Shown here: positions 10,976-20,690 of the stretch, piece after piece
Position numbering within the stretch: the first letter of the stretch is position 1
Layout: the number at the start of each line of letters is the position of its first letter
From: Collinsella sp.
Lineage (GTDB): Bacteria; Actinomycetota; Coriobacteriia; Coriobacteriales; Coriobacteriaceae
Assembly: GCA_019424905.1 (NCBI GenBank)
Contig: JAHYYP010000001.1
Span: 26,614 to 90,613 of the forward strand
Direction of reading: 5' to 3'
Length of the DNA stretch: 64,000 nucleotides
The notes under the pieces: model-generated
What the model saw: the letters and a program-made list of their open reading frames with translations, nothing else
The model's database searches: none
Told to the model about the DNA's origin: nothing
Made by a program: the position numbers and the translations under genes

Positions 10976-11095
10976 CCTGCTCGGCTTTCCCAGCCACCGC
11001 ACCTTCGCCCTCAATCGTCGGTCGCGTACCCAAGTACGCTTCCCTCCTCTTTCGAGCGAATCTGCGGCACCTGGAAAACCCGTCTCCGTGGCAGG
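10976..11095. repeat. Structured intergenic repeat, family A copy 1
   Basis: Imperfect hairpin sharing CCCTCAATCGTCG..GCGTAC-loop-GTACGC..CTCCTCTTTCG..AATCTGC with 54539-54644. Confidence 0.8.
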
Positions 11096-11131
11096 ATGAT
11101 TAATGGACCACGCAAACCATGAGGAGGTAAC

Positions 11132-13873
11132 GTGGCAGACGATATCAACAATAACGAGGGTATGGGCGAGGCCGGCGATGCCGGTATGCCCGACGATCTG
11201 AAGCGCCTGCTTGCCCGTGCTGAGCAGGGCGAGGACGGCGATCCGGACGCCTATAACCCCGATGCCGATGATGAGGAGGAAGAGGACGACGACGCCGAGC
11301 TCGAGGAGAGCTTTGGCGAAGTCGACCGTGGCGCCTCGGCCGGCGAGGATATCAACGGCGGCCAGCTCCAGATTTCGGAGTTCGGTCGCGAGATGAAGCA
11401 GTCGTTTATCGAGTATTCGATGTCGGTCATCACGGCGCGCGCCCTGCCGGACGTGCGCGACGGCTTAAAGCCGGTGCACCGCCGCATCCTGTACGCGATG
11501 AACGAGAGCGGCATCTACCCCAACCGCCCGCACAAGAAGTCGGCGTGGACGGTCGGCGAAGTTATCGGTAAGTACCACCCGCACGGCGATTTCGCGGTCT
11601 ACGAGGCCATGGTTCGCCTGGCGCAGTGGTTCTCCATGCGCACGCCGCTCATCGACGGCCACGGCAACTTCGGCAACATCGATGGCGACGGCGCGGCGGC
11701 CATGCGTTACACCGAGAGCCGCCTGGCAAAGCCCGCCATGGAGCTTCTGCGCGACCTGCAGAAGGATACCGTCGACTGGCAGCCCAACTACGACGAATCG
11801 CTCGCCGAGCCCCAGGCGCTGCCTGCGCGCTTCCCCAACCTGCTGGTCAACGGCAGCCAGGGCATCGCCGTCGGCATGGCCACCAACATCGCCCCGCATA
11901 ACCTCACCGAGGCGATCGAGGCCACCTGCTACCTGATCGACAACCCCGACGCCACCGTCGACGAACTCATGCAGATCATGCCCGGTCCGGACTTCCCCAC
12001 CGGCGCCATCATCATGGGCAGCGCTGGCATTAAGCAGAGCTACGAGACCGGCCGCGGCTCCATTACCGTGCGTGCCAAGGCACATGTGGAGTCCACCAAG
12101 ACCGGCCGCAGCCGCCTGGTCTTTACCGAGATTCCCTACATGGTCAACAAGGGCACCCTGCAGGAGAAGATCGCCCAGCTCGTTAACGACAAGCGCATCG
12201 AGGGCATCTCAGACATGCGCGATGAGTCCAACCAGAAGGGCATCCGTCTGGTCATCGAGCTCAAGAAGGGCGTCATTCCGCAGGTCGTGCTCAACAACCT
12301 GTATAAGTACACCTCGCTGCAGACGACCTTCGGCGCCAACAACCTGGCGCTTGTCAACGGCGTGCCCAAATGCCTGAGCCTGCGCGAGATGCTGCAGCAC
12401 TACATCGACCACCAGGTCGACGTCGTCACCCGCCGCACCCGCTTCGACCTTAAGAAGGCCCAGGCCCGCGCGCATATCCTCGAGGGCTACCTGATGGCCC
12501 TTGACCATATCGACGAGGTCATTAGCATCATCCGCTCCTCGCAGACCGACTCCGAGGCCAGCAGCCGCCTGATCGAGCGCTTTGGGTTTACGCCCGAGCA
12601 GACCACGGCCATCCTTGAGATGAAGCTCCGCCGCCTCACCGGCCTGGAGCGCGACAAGATCGAGGAAGAGCTCGAAGGCCTGCGCCGCGCCATCGCCTAC
12701 TACGAGGATCTGCTTGCGCACGAGGAGAAGATCCTCGGCGTGATCAAGGAGGAGATGCGCGAGATCGCCCGCAAGTTTGGCGACAAGCGCCGCACCGAGA
12801 TCACCCACGCCGAGAAGGACCTCGACGTCGAGGACCTCATCGCCGACGAGGACATGGTCGTGACCATCACCCACACCGGCTACGTGAAGCGCATCCCGGT
12901 GGCCGCCTACCGCGCCCAGAAGCGCGGCGGCAAGGGCGTCTCCGGCGTGAGCCTCAAGGAAGACGACGTCATCGACGAGATGTTCATCGCCAGCACCCAT
13001 GAATACGTGCTGTTCTTCTCGACGCGCGGCAAGGTGTACCGCCTCAAGGTGCATGAGCTGCCCGTGGGCACCCGCCAGGCCCGCGGCACCGCGATCGTCA
13101 ACCTGCTGCCCTTCGAGGAGGGCGAGAAGATCGCGAGCGTCATCAGCTGCCGCGAGTTCCCGGCCGACGAGTACCTGATGTTTGCCACCAAGAGCGGCAT
13201 GGTCAAGAAGACCGTGATGAGCGCATATGACCGCAGCCGCCGCGACGGCCTGATCGCTATCAACCTGCGTGACGACGACGCGCTGCTGAACGTGCGCCGC
13301 GTGCGCGAGGGTGACAAGATCATCCTGGCCACCACTGCGGGCAAGGCGATTATGTTCTCCGAGGAGCAGGTGCGCGCCACCGGCCGCGACACCAGCGGCG
13401 TTCGCGGTATCGGTATGAAGGACGGCGTGAGCGTTCTGGGCATGGAAGTCACTAACGGCAACGGCGATCTGTTCGTCATTACCGAGCGCGGCTACGGCAA
13501 ACGCACGCCGGTTGCGGACTACCCGGAGCAGAATCGCGGCGGCCAGGGCGTCTACACCATCCAAATGACCGAGCGTAAGGGTAACCTCGCGGCCATGAGG
13601 GCGGTGGGCCCGCAGCACGAGCTGTTCATCGTGACGGAAGGCGCGACGGTCATTCGAGTCAAGACCGACGAGATCAGCCAGACCGGCCGCGCCACCCAGG
13701 GCGTCAAGATGATGACCGTCGACGACAACGACCGCGTATGCGCCGTAGCCCGCATGACGGCAGCCAAAGAGAAGCCCGAAGGCGAAGCAACAGAAGACGG
13801 TTCTGCCCCCGAAGAAGCCCCAGTCGATCTAGGCGATGGCAACGACATGCCAGAAGATCTCCTAGACGAGTAA
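11132..13873 (+). CDS. gyrA: DNA gyrase subunit A
   Basis: [28 protein letters not shown], GyrA-box QKRGGKG. Confidence 0.98.
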   Translation: MADDINNNEGMGEAGDAGMPDDLKRLLARAEQGEDGDPDAYNPDADDEEEEDDDAELEESFGEVDRGASAGEDINGGQLQISEFGREMKQSFIEYSMSVITARALPDVRDGLKPVHRRILYAMNESGIYPNRPHKKSAWTVGEVIGKYHPHGDFAVYEAMVRLAQWFSMRTPLIDGHGNFGNIDGDGAAAMRYTESRLAKPAMELLRDLQKDTVDWQPNYDESLAEPQALPARFPNLLVNGSQGIAVGMATNIAPHNLTEAIEATCYLIDNPDATVDELMQIMPGPDFPTGAIIMGSAGIKQSYETGRGSITVRAKAHVESTKTGRSRLVFTEIPYMVNKGTLQEKIAQLVNDKRIEGISDMRDESNQKGIRLVIELKKGVIPQVVLNNLYKYTSLQTTFGANNLALVNGVPKCLSLREMLQHYIDHQVDVVTRRTRFDLKKAQARAHILEGYLMALDHIDEVISIIRSSQTDSEASSRLIERFGFTPEQTTAILEMKLRRLTGLERDKIEEELEGLRRAIAYYEDLLAHEEKILGVIKEEMREIARKFGDKRRTEITHAEKDLDVEDLIADEDMVVTITHTGYVKRIPVAAYRAQKRGGKGVSGVSLKEDDVIDEMFIASTHEYVLFFSTRGKVYRLKVHELPVGTRQARGTAIVNLLPFEEGEKIASVISCREFPADEYLMFATKSGMVKKTVMSAYDRSRRDGLIAINLRDDDALLNVRRVREGDKIILATTAGKAIMFSEEQVRATGRDTSGVRGIGMKDGVSVLGMEVTNGNGDLFVITERGYGKRTPVADYPEQNRGGQGVYTIQMTERKGNLAAMRAVGPQHELFIVTEGATVIRVKTDEISQTGRATQGVKMMTVDDNDRVCAVARMTAAKEKPEGEATEDGSAPEEAPVDLGDGNDMPEDLLDE

Positions 13874-13912
13874 GAGGCTCTAGCTGGTAAAAATCATCAG
13901 ACCCCATATATC

Positions 13913-13946
13913 GGCGGTCGGCGCACTGCGCGCCGACCGCTTTTTT
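13913..13946 (+). terminator. Terminator after gyrA
   Basis: GCGGTCGGCGC-loop-GCGCCGACCGC followed by T6. Confidence 0.8.
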
Positions 13947-14126
13947 GAAAACCTTTGAACCCCACGTCGCCCCCGGCTGCCCGGCGGCATGCGAAGTCGA
14001 TCGCGAGTTCCGCACGAGCAGGAGAGCACTTAATGTGCTCTCCGTGCGAGCAGGACTGTCCGAGCAGGCGACTTCGCATGCCGCCGGGCAGCCGGGGGCG
14101 ACACCCCTCAAAGATTTTCAAAAAAG
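13940..14126. repeat. Nested long inverted repeat
   Basis: Perfect 34-bp arms at 13966-13999 and 14069-14102; outer 18/19-bp arms at 13940-13958 and 14108-14126; inner GGAGAGCAC-TTAAT-GTGCTCTCC hairpin. Confidence 0.9.
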
Positions 14127-14129
14127 TTG

Positions 14130-14159
14130 TTGACGCGCGCGTAACGACTCGTCTAATAT
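14130..14159 (+). promoter_or_regulatory. Housekeeping-sigma promoter of the tRNA cluster
   Basis: TTGACG-18 nt-TAATAT, 14 nt upstream of tRNA-Ile, preceded by an A tract. Confidence 0.7.
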
Positions 14160-14173
14160 ATCCCTTGCGCGAT

Positions 14174-14250
14174 GGACCTGTAGCTCAGTTGGTTAGAGCG
14201 TCCGGCTGATAACCGGGAGGTCACAAGTTCGAATCTTGTCAGGTCCACCA
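14174..14250 (+). tRNA. tRNA-Ile(GAT)
   Basis: Cloverleaf, anticodon loop CT-GAT-AA, GTTCGAAT, CCA end. Confidence 0.97.
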
Positions 14251-14317
14251 CTTTCTTTCGCAATAAACACCCCAGCGAGAGCCGAGTCGCCGCTGGGGTG
14301 TTTATTACTGTCTCCGT

Positions 14318-14393
14318 GGGGGTTTAGCTCAGCTGGGAGAGCGCGGGCTTTGCAAGCCTGAGGTCAGGGGTTCGATCCCCCTAACCTCCACCA
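14318..14393 (+). tRNA. tRNA-Ala(TGC)
   Basis: GGGGG start, TT-TGC-AA anticodon loop, GTTCGATC, CCA end. Confidence 0.97.
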
Positions 14394-14397
14394 TGAT

Positions 14398-14474
14398 GGA
14401 CCTGTAGCTCAGTTGGTTAGAGCGTCCGGCTGATAACCGGGAGGTCACAAGTTCGAATCTTGTCAGGTCCACCA
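14398..14474 (+). tRNA. tRNA-Ile(GAT), identical second copy
   Basis: 77 nt identical to 14174-14250. Confidence 0.97.
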
Positions 14475-14488
14475 TCAAAACTGTGAAG

Positions 14489-14518
14489 AGCCCTGGGGTA
14501 TTGCCTTGGGGCTTTTTT
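14489..14518 (+). terminator. Terminator after tRNA cluster
   Basis: AGCCCTGGGG...CCTTGGGGCT followed by a T run. Confidence 0.7.
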
Positions 14519-14633
14519 CTTGTCTGCGATAAATCTCATTTTGGTTTTGTGTGCTGTGCGAAAGATTGGGTAGTATAGCTATTCAATGCGGTGGAGCTGC
14601 CGCGTGTTAACCGCTACGTACCGGAGGTGTTCC

Positions 14634-15134
14634 ATGGTTCGTGTCGACATAGAGACCATCGTCATGGCCGCCGGTCCCGTGCCATCGCTTATCGTGCTTC
14701 GCGAGCGCTGCAGCAAATCGGACTCGCCCGCGCCGCTGCGTTCCCTTTCCATTCAGACTGGTTCGTTTGAAGCCGCTGCCATCAGCCGCGGCATCGATAG
14801 CGGCCGCGCCGAGCGCCCGATTACCCATGACCTGTTGCTCGATACTGTTGGCGCCCTGGGCGCCAAGCTCGAGCGCATCGAGATCGTTCGCGCCGAGCCG
14901 CCGGTGTTCTACGCGACGATCGTCGTACTGGCCGATGGTGACGAGCGCAAGATCGACGCCCGCCCCAGTGATGCCATTGCCCTTGCCGTGCGCAGCAATG
15001 CCCCCATGTTTGTGGAGGACGACATCATGAATCGCCTGGGCACTGTTTCTACCCACGCCGAGGAAGTCGACGACGAGCAGGAGTTCGAGAAGTTCGACGA
15101 GTTCGTCCATACGCTCTCCCCCGATGACTTCTAA
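14634..15134 (+). CDS. Bifunctional nuclease family protein (DUF151)
   Basis: IVLRE...L.I..G.FEAAAI, RPITHDL, IDARPSDAIALAVR; GGAGG RBS. Confidence 0.9.
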   Translation: MVRVDIETIVMAAGPVPSLIVLRERCSKSDSPAPLRSLSIQTGSFEAAAISRGIDSGRAERPITHDLLLDTVGALGAKLERIEIVRAEPPVFYATIVVLADGDERKIDARPSDAIALAVRSNAPMFVEDDIMNRLGTVSTHAEEVDDEQEFEKFDEFVHTLSPDDF

Positions 15135-15524
15135 ATGCGGGGCGTCCAGGTTGCGGAGCGTTCGCTGATGGCCGGCGGGATGTCGGCTGAAGCGGCTGCA
15201 ATCGCCCGCGAGGCCCAGATGCGCTCGGAGGCTTCTGAGGCGGCTCGCATTGCCTATGTGACGCAGGCCCGCACGCTTCGTGAACGCCGCAGCTCGTTTA
15301 TCAAGATGGTTGTCATCTCCGCCCTTGTCGCGGCAATCTGCTCGCGCCTTCGTGGTACAGTTGGTGCGCTTGGGTTTTCGATCTCTACGGGCCTGGTGAT
15401 TTGGGGCGTGGTCGATGCGGTCATGCTGACCAGCCAGATCAAGGTGCTCGACAAGCGCGCGTCGGACATGACGCGCGCCCGCGATGCCGCCGCTAAGATC
15501 GCCGCCGAGGCGCAAGAACTGTAA
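15135..15524 (+). CDS. Hypothetical membrane protein (2 hydrophobic segments)
   Basis: ORF abutting the DUF151 gene; start uncertain. Confidence 0.55.
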   Translation: MRGVQVAERSLMAGGMSAEAAAIAREAQMRSEASEAARIAYVTQARTLRERRSSFIKMVVISALVAAICSRLRGTVGALGFSISTGLVIWGVVDAVMLTSQIKVLDKRASDMTRARDAAAKIAAEAQEL

Positions 15525-15554
15525 CGACGCCAGACTCGATGGGAAGGTCTAAAG

Positions 15555-16004
15555 ATGGCACAGGATATGCAGGACGCCGGTAACGTCTCCGCCGAGCTCG
15601 ACGCCATGGTGTGCGATCTAATCGGCGCGTTCTTGGATGACCTTGCCGCCGGTGAAAACCCCGGCGTGGTCGTGGCAATTGAGGACGCCGCTTCCAACCG
15701 TTATCTGGCGGCGCTCGATGAGGATGGCGAAGAGGCGTGCCTCGAGGCGGCCACCAACTTTATCTCCGAGCACAAGATGGGTCTTAAGGACGAGGGCCTG
15801 GGCCGTATCGCCCGCTATGCCATCGGCTATACCGGCTGCGTCGAGATTGACGGCGGCTACCATGACGCTCTGCTCGTGAGCTTTTTTGAGACGACGCTCG
15901 AGAGCGGTTTTTCGGCATATGTACTGTATGAGGGCATGGGCGCCGGCGATGGTTTTATGTGGAGCGACCCTGAACCTGCAGGTGAGGAAACCCCTCTCAT
16001 CTAA
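15555..16004 (+). CDS. Acidic hypothetical protein
   Basis: 149-aa ORF with host-like codon usage; GAAGG RBS. Confidence 0.7.
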   Translation: MAQDMQDAGNVSAELDAMVCDLIGAFLDDLAAGENPGVVVAIEDAASNRYLAALDEDGEEACLEAATNFISEHKMGLKDEGLGRIARYAIGYTGCVEIDGGYHDALLVSFFETTLESGFSAYVLYEGMGAGDGFMWSDPEPAGEETPLI

Positions 16005-16121
16005 AATCGCTAAAATAAACGAGTTTTCGGTAAAAGGCTCAATATTCCCGCCGAGCGTTGTATCGCTGGGCGGGTCGCATACGCGTGCCGTTTGTATATG
16101 GATAGAAGATAGGGGAACTAC

Positions 16122-17960
16122 ATGCGCGTAGACAATCTGAGGAACATCGCCATCATCGCTCACGTCGACCACGGCAAGACGACGATGGTCGACAAGCTCC
16201 TGCGTGCCACGGACGCCTTCCGTGCCAACCAGCAGGTCGAGGACCGCGTCCTGGATTCCAACGACCAGGAGCGCGAGCGCGGCATTACGATTCTCGCCAA
16301 GAACATCTCTATCGAGTACAAGGACGTTAAGATCAACGTCATCGATACCCCGGGCCACGCCGACTTTGGCGGCGAGGTCGAGCGCGTGCTGCGTATGGCC
16401 GACGGCGCCCTGCTGCTGGTCGACGCTTTTGAGGGCCCCATGCCCCAGACCCGCTTCGTGCTGCGTCACGCTATCGACACCGGCCTTAAGATCATGATCG
16501 TCATCAACAAGATCGATCGTCCGGGCGCCAACCCCGAGAAGGCCTACAACGACTGCCTGGACCTCATGGCCGACCTGGGCGCAACCGACGACCAGCTCGA
16601 GTTCGCCATGGAGCACGTGGTCTACGCCAGCGCCATGAATGGCTTTGCTCGCCTTGACCCCAACGACGGCAACATGGACATGTATCCGCTGCTCGATATG
16701 ATCATCGACGACATGCCCGCGCCCGAGGTTGACGAGAACGCCCCGCTGGCCATGCAGTGCGTGACCATTGACCACTCCAACTTCGTTGGCCGTATCGGCA
16801 TCGGTCGCGTGTACTCCGGCACCATCCACCAGGGCGACCAGATTTTGGTTGTGAAGAACGACGGCTCCAGCGCCACCGCTACCGTCAAACAGCTCTTTAC
16901 CTTCGACTACCTGGGCCGCACCGAGTGCCAGGAAGTCGGCGCCGGCGACATCGCTGCCGTCGTGGGCATCGACCGCACCGATATCGGCGATGTCTACACC
17001 GATCCCGAGAACCCCGTTGAGCTCGAGCCCATCGAGATCGACCCGCCGACCATGTCCATCGTCTTTGAGGCGTCGACCTCCCCGCTCGTCGGTCGCGACG
17101 GCGACATCGTGGGCGCCCGTCAGCTCAAGGAGCGCCTGTTCAACGAGGCCGAGAACAACGTGACCATGAAGATCGAGGAGCTCGAGGACAAGAGCGGCGT
17201 CGAGGTCTCGGGCCGCGGCATTCTGCACCTATCCGTTCTGATGGAGTCCATGCGCCGCGAGGGCTTTGAGTTCCAGGTCGGCCGTCCCCGCGTTCTGTTT
17301 AAGAAGGACGAGAACGGCAACAAGATGGAGCCTGTCGAGCAGGCCGTCGTCGAGTGCCCGGACGAGTACTCGGGCAAGGTCGTTGAGGTCTTCGGCACCT
17401 CCGGCGGCATCATGACGAGCATGGATACCTCGGGCATCGTGACGCACCTCGAGTTTAAGATCCCGACCCGCGGCATCATGGGTCTTAAGAACCGCATTAT
17501 GAACGTTACCCACGGCGAGGGCGTGTTCTACCACACCTTCCTGGAGTATGGTCCTTACGCCGGCGAGATCGGTAACCGTCAGAACGGCGCCATGATCTCC
17601 ATGACCACCGAGAAGGCCGTTGCCTATGCTCTGGGTACGCTGCAGGAGCGCGGCCAGCTGTTTGTTGAGCCGGGCACCGAGTGCTATGAGGGCATGATCG
17701 TGGGCGAGCGCAGCAAGGCCGGCGACATGGTCGTCAACATCGCCCGTACCAAGAACCTGGGCAACCAGCGTTCCTCGACCTCCGATATCTCCGTCCAGCT
17801 GGTGCCGCCCCGCACTTTCTCGCTGGAGGAAGCGCTGGAGTACATCGCCGACGACGAGCTGGTCGAGATCACTCCCAAGAACATTCGCCTGCGCAAGCGT
17901 CTGCTCAACGCCACCGACCGCAAGAAGGCTGCCGTCCGCGCCGGCCAGGTCAACAAATAA
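16122..17960 (+). CDS. typA: Translational GTPase TypA/BipA
   Basis: [56 protein letters not shown]. Confidence 0.97.
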   Translation: MRVDNLRNIAIIAHVDHGKTTMVDKLLRATDAFRANQQVEDRVLDSNDQERERGITILAKNISIEYKDVKINVIDTPGHADFGGEVERVLRMADGALLLVDAFEGPMPQTRFVLRHAIDTGLKIMIVINKIDRPGANPEKAYNDCLDLMADLGATDDQLEFAMEHVVYASAMNGFARLDPNDGNMDMYPLLDMIIDDMPAPEVDENAPLAMQCVTIDHSNFVGRIGIGRVYSGTIHQGDQILVVKNDGSSATATVKQLFTFDYLGRTECQEVGAGDIAAVVGIDRTDIGDVYTDPENPVELEPIEIDPPTMSIVFEASTSPLVGRDGDIVGARQLKERLFNEAENNVTMKIEELEDKSGVEVSGRGILHLSVLMESMRREGFEFQVGRPRVLFKKDENGNKMEPVEQAVVECPDEYSGKVVEVFGTSGGIMTSMDTSGIVTHLEFKIPTRGIMGLKNRIMNVTHGEGVFYHTFLEYGPYAGEIGNRQNGAMISMTTEKAVAYALGTLQERGQLFVEPGTECYEGMIVGERSKAGDMVVNIARTKNLGNQRSSTSDISVQLVPPRTFSLEEALEYIADDELVEITPKNIRLRKRLLNATDRKKAAVRAGQVNK

Positions 17961-17984
17961 GCGCTGGGCTTTATAGCGACTAAC

Positions 17985-18022
17985 AAGAAAGGGCGTCGAC
18001 CGCAATGGTCGGCGCCCTTTTT
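17985..18022 (+). terminator. Terminator after typA
   Basis: AAAGGGCGTCGACC-GCAAT-GGTCGGCGCCCTTTTT. Confidence 0.8.
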
Positions 18023-18048
18023 GGTGCAAGGGGATTGAGCTGGTCTGC

Positions 18049-18083
18049 ACCGCCACAAGGGTGCCTGGCCCCTTTGTGGCGGT
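18049..18083 (-). repeat. GGGGAC-core REP-like hairpin
   Basis: ACCGCCACAAGGGTGCCTGGCCCCTTTGTGGCGGT, related to copies at 55343, 56768, 58371 and 61021. Confidence 0.75.
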
Positions 18084-18089
18084 TGGCGG

Positions 18090-19238
18090 CTAAGCGGTGG
18101 GGAGTCCCGGTGTGTTGGCTGCCTGCTGCGGCTTGAGGTGGGCGTTGCGCCAGATGATTTGGATGATGTAGCCGAGCATAAAGACAAAGGCTACGCCGCT
18201 GATGAAGTCGCCTACGAGGGGGATTGCCGTAAGCGCGCCCGCGGCGATGCCGCCCACGGCCGCCATGGCGTAACGGTTCTGGCTGTGTCCGACCATGCGG
18301 GCGATTGCGCACCCCGCAAAGGCACTCGACACCAATGCGATGCCGATAACGCCGCACAAGAGGGTTCCGGCAAGCGACAGGCCAGCGATAGAGATAATCA
18401 GCAGTAGGACGGCGGGGACGACAGCAATCGTACCCAGAAGACCGCTCACCCACAGGGGCGTGGGGCGCTGGTGGAGCATGCCAGCGGCGCTGGCGGTTGC
18501 ACGCGGAAAGACGAGCTCGAGCAGCAGGGCGACAAAGCAGGTCGAGAGCGCCGCGGCGACGATGCCGCCGATGATGTTGTTAGCGGTCGTGGCCGCGCTC
18601 TCGTTCTCGGTGCGGTCGATCTTGAGTGCGCCTACCTCGGCTCCTGCGGCACGCTCGGGGTCCTCGGAGACGTGCGCGTTCACGGTGCCGGTAATACGGG
18701 CATTCTTGCCCAAGACGAGCTTATCGGCCCAAACCTCGACATCGCCCTCGACGGTGCCGTCGATGGTCACCGTATCGCCTGCAAGCGCTGCCGACTTGGC
18801 GGAGCCTCGCAGGGCAACCGTCTCGCCCATCGCGTAAAAACAGTTGGCGGCGCTGTCGGAATTGAGCACAACGTGCTGACCGGCCACCGTGACGCTGCCA
18901 TTAACCGTGGTTTTGGCGATATCGATAGTGCGTGCCGCCAGACGGACGGCGCCGCCCACCGTGCAGTCGCGGATCGAGAGGGTATCGCCCGCGGCGATGA
19001 TATCGCGGTCGATGGACGCATCGTCCAAGTTGAGAGCCTGGCCTGCCCAGTACAGGTCACCCTCGACGCCGGACGGATTGGCGTCATTGTCGGTCGCAAG
19101 TATGTTTCCTGCGGTGTCCGTGCCGGCGAACGACGCCGTGGGAAGTGCGGTGAGCGCCAGCACGATGAGCGCGAATAGGATGGTGATGCGGCCCCACGCT
19201 TTATGGCGCTGGGTCGACGGGAATTGATTGCAGGGCAT
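18090..19238 (-). CDS. Membrane protein with bactofilin-like beta-helix repeats and C-terminal TM bundle
   Basis: Signal peptide; repeats of V.GD...AG..V.I.G.V.GDV; 5-6 C-terminal hydrophobic helices. Confidence 0.75.
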   Translation of the reverse strand: MPCNQFPSTQRHKAWGRITILFALIVLALTALPTASFAGTDTAGNILATDNDANPSGVEGDLYWAGQALNLDDASIDRDIIAAGDTLSIRDCTVGGAVRLAARTIDIAKTTVNGSVTVAGQHVVLNSDSAANCFYAMGETVALRGSAKSAALAGDTVTIDGTVEGDVEVWADKLVLGKNARITGTVNAHVSEDPERAAGAEVGALKIDRTENESAATTANNIIGGIVAAALSTCFVALLLELVFPRATASAAGMLHQRPTPLWVSGLLGTIAVVPAVLLLIISIAGLSLAGTLLCGVIGIALVSSAFAGCAIARMVGHSQNRYAMAAVGGIAAGALTAIPLVGDFISGVAFVFMLGYIIQIIWRNAHLKPQQAANTPGLPTA

Positions 19239-19344
19239 AGTGAATCCTTCGTCAGATGCTCGACATGCACCTAACAGGGTACCCAACGCGTGGGCGCTCT
19301 AAAAGAACCTCTCGGTTGTATTTCGAAGGATGAGGCCGCGCAAT

Positions 19345-20034
19345 CTACTTTTTGCGGTGCAAAAAACGTGCGATGTCTTCCTCGGTGGGGCTTTTGATGT
19401 CGAAGCGCAGCGACAGCCAGCGCAGTCCCATGGTTATCGCAACGCATACGATTAACGCGGTGATGTTGCTGACGACGCCGCTCATGACAAGGCATACATA
19501 GCTTGCAGAGCCGGCAATGGCTGCGATGGCATAGAAGTTGGTGCGCTGGAAAATGCCCGGCACCACGCCCATAAAGCTGTCACGCAGCATGCCGCCGCCC
19601 ACCGCGGTGAAAAAGCCCATCATGATGCACACCGCCGGCGCAAAGCCGTAGACCAGCGCCTTGTCTGCTCCAGTGGCGGCATAGATGCCGACCGAGATGA
19701 TGTCGAGCAGGGGGATGAGTTTTTCGGGCTTGTCGACGATTGCCGGGAAAATGTAGATGATGGCTGCCGTGGCAATGGAAAGCGGGAGCGCCATCGGTTG
19801 GTTGAGGATGTAGACGTTGCCCACCTGCAGCGTCATATCGCGCAAAAGACCGCCGCCCAGGCCACAGACCACGGCGAGCGCGACGGCGCCCACCAGGTCG
19901 AGCTTGTGCTCGCGCGCAACCAGAACTCCTGAGATCGATGCCGCGACAACAGCGAACATCTCAAGCCAAAACGGAATAGCGACCATGGCATCCGAGGCAT
20001 GTGAGGTAACGGTCATAGCGGCGACGATGGGCAA
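19345..20034 (-). CDS. Trimeric intracellular cation channel (TRIC/UPF0126) family protein
   Basis: Duplicated ASISG...D..G...GLGGG.LRD and TAVGGGMLRD motifs. Confidence 0.9.
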   Translation of the reverse strand: MPIVAAMTVTSHASDAMVAIPFWLEMFAVVAASISGVLVAREHKLDLVGAVALAVVCGLGGGLLRDMTLQVGNVYILNQPMALPLSIATAAIIYIFPAIVDKPEKLIPLLDIISVGIYAATGADKALVYGFAPAVCIMMGFFTAVGGGMLRDSFMGVVPGIFQRTNFYAIAAIAGSASYVCLVMSGVVSNITALIVCVAITMGLRWLSLRFDIKSPTEEDIARFLHRKK

Positions 20035-20256
20035 GATAGGGTCCTTCTGATTGCGGGTTTAGATAATGCCCGTACATAGTACATGGTTGACGGGTCTGGC
20101 GACCCTATTGCTCGGTAAACGGTCGGGACTGGATGCGGGCGTAGGGCCAAACATGTACGTCAGCCTCCAAAGATGTCAAAAATGTCGGTTTTGGAGGGTG
20201 ATGTACGCGTTTGAGATTTGGGGCTGGGATCGACCGCGATGGGGGCGTGGCTGAAT

Positions 20257-20396
20257 AGGAGGGATGTCCAAATTTTGAGCGAAGCTCAAAATTTATCCGG
20301 TCGGCTTACGCCGACCGCGCTGCGCTAAAAACGCGCCACAGGCGCGTTTTCTTTACGCTCCGCGCCCTGGCGGGTTCGAATCCCTCCTCCTCCGCC
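20257..20396. repeat. Multi-hairpin element ending in an inverted 25-bp copy of the tRNA-Ser 3' end
   Basis: 20372-20396 is the exact reverse complement of 20462-20486; three internal hairpins. Confidence 0.8.
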
Positions 20397-20422
20397 GTAT
20401 TTGCTTGTTAGGGACTCAAAAC

Positions 20423-20452
20423 AAAAAAGCTCCCGTTGTTGGGAGCTTTTTC
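20423..20452 (-). terminator. Terminator after tRNA-Ser pair
   Basis: AAAAAAGCTCCC-GTTGTT-GGGAGCTTTTT. Confidence 0.8.
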
Positions 20453-20460
20453 AACCAAAA

Positions 20461-20551
20461 TGGCGGAGGAGGAGGGATTCGAACCCTCGTGACCTTATAC
20501 AGGCCAAACGGTTTTCGAGACCGCCGCATTCAACCACTCTGCCACCCCTCC
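20461..20551 (-). tRNA. tRNA-Ser(CGA)
   Basis: Minus-strand cloverleaf with long variable arm, CT-CGA-AA, GCCA end. Confidence 0.95.
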
Positions 20552-20599
20552 GCGTGGGGTAAAAACAAAGCAGGCTCAAAGGCCTGCTTTGGAATTAAC

Positions 20600-20690
20600 T
20601 GGCGGAGAGTCAGGGATTTGAACCCTGGAGACGCTTTTGACGCCTACACGATTTCCAATCGTGCTCCTTCGGCCACTCGGACAACTCTCC
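20600..20690 (-). tRNA. tRNA-Ser(GGA)
   Basis: GGAGAGTTGTCCGAGTGG..., TT-GGA-AA, long variable arm, GCCA end. Confidence 0.95.

Noticed and set aside
13897..14209. Short ORFs on both strands with similar translations
   Set aside because: Artefact of the long palindrome
20149..20212. Imperfect inverted repeat upstream of the TRIC gene
   Set aside because: Single copy in the window with no shared core; cannot assign significance
20372..20396. Prophage or island attR at tRNA-Ser
   Set aside because: The copy is inverted rather than direct, and there is no integrase or cargo
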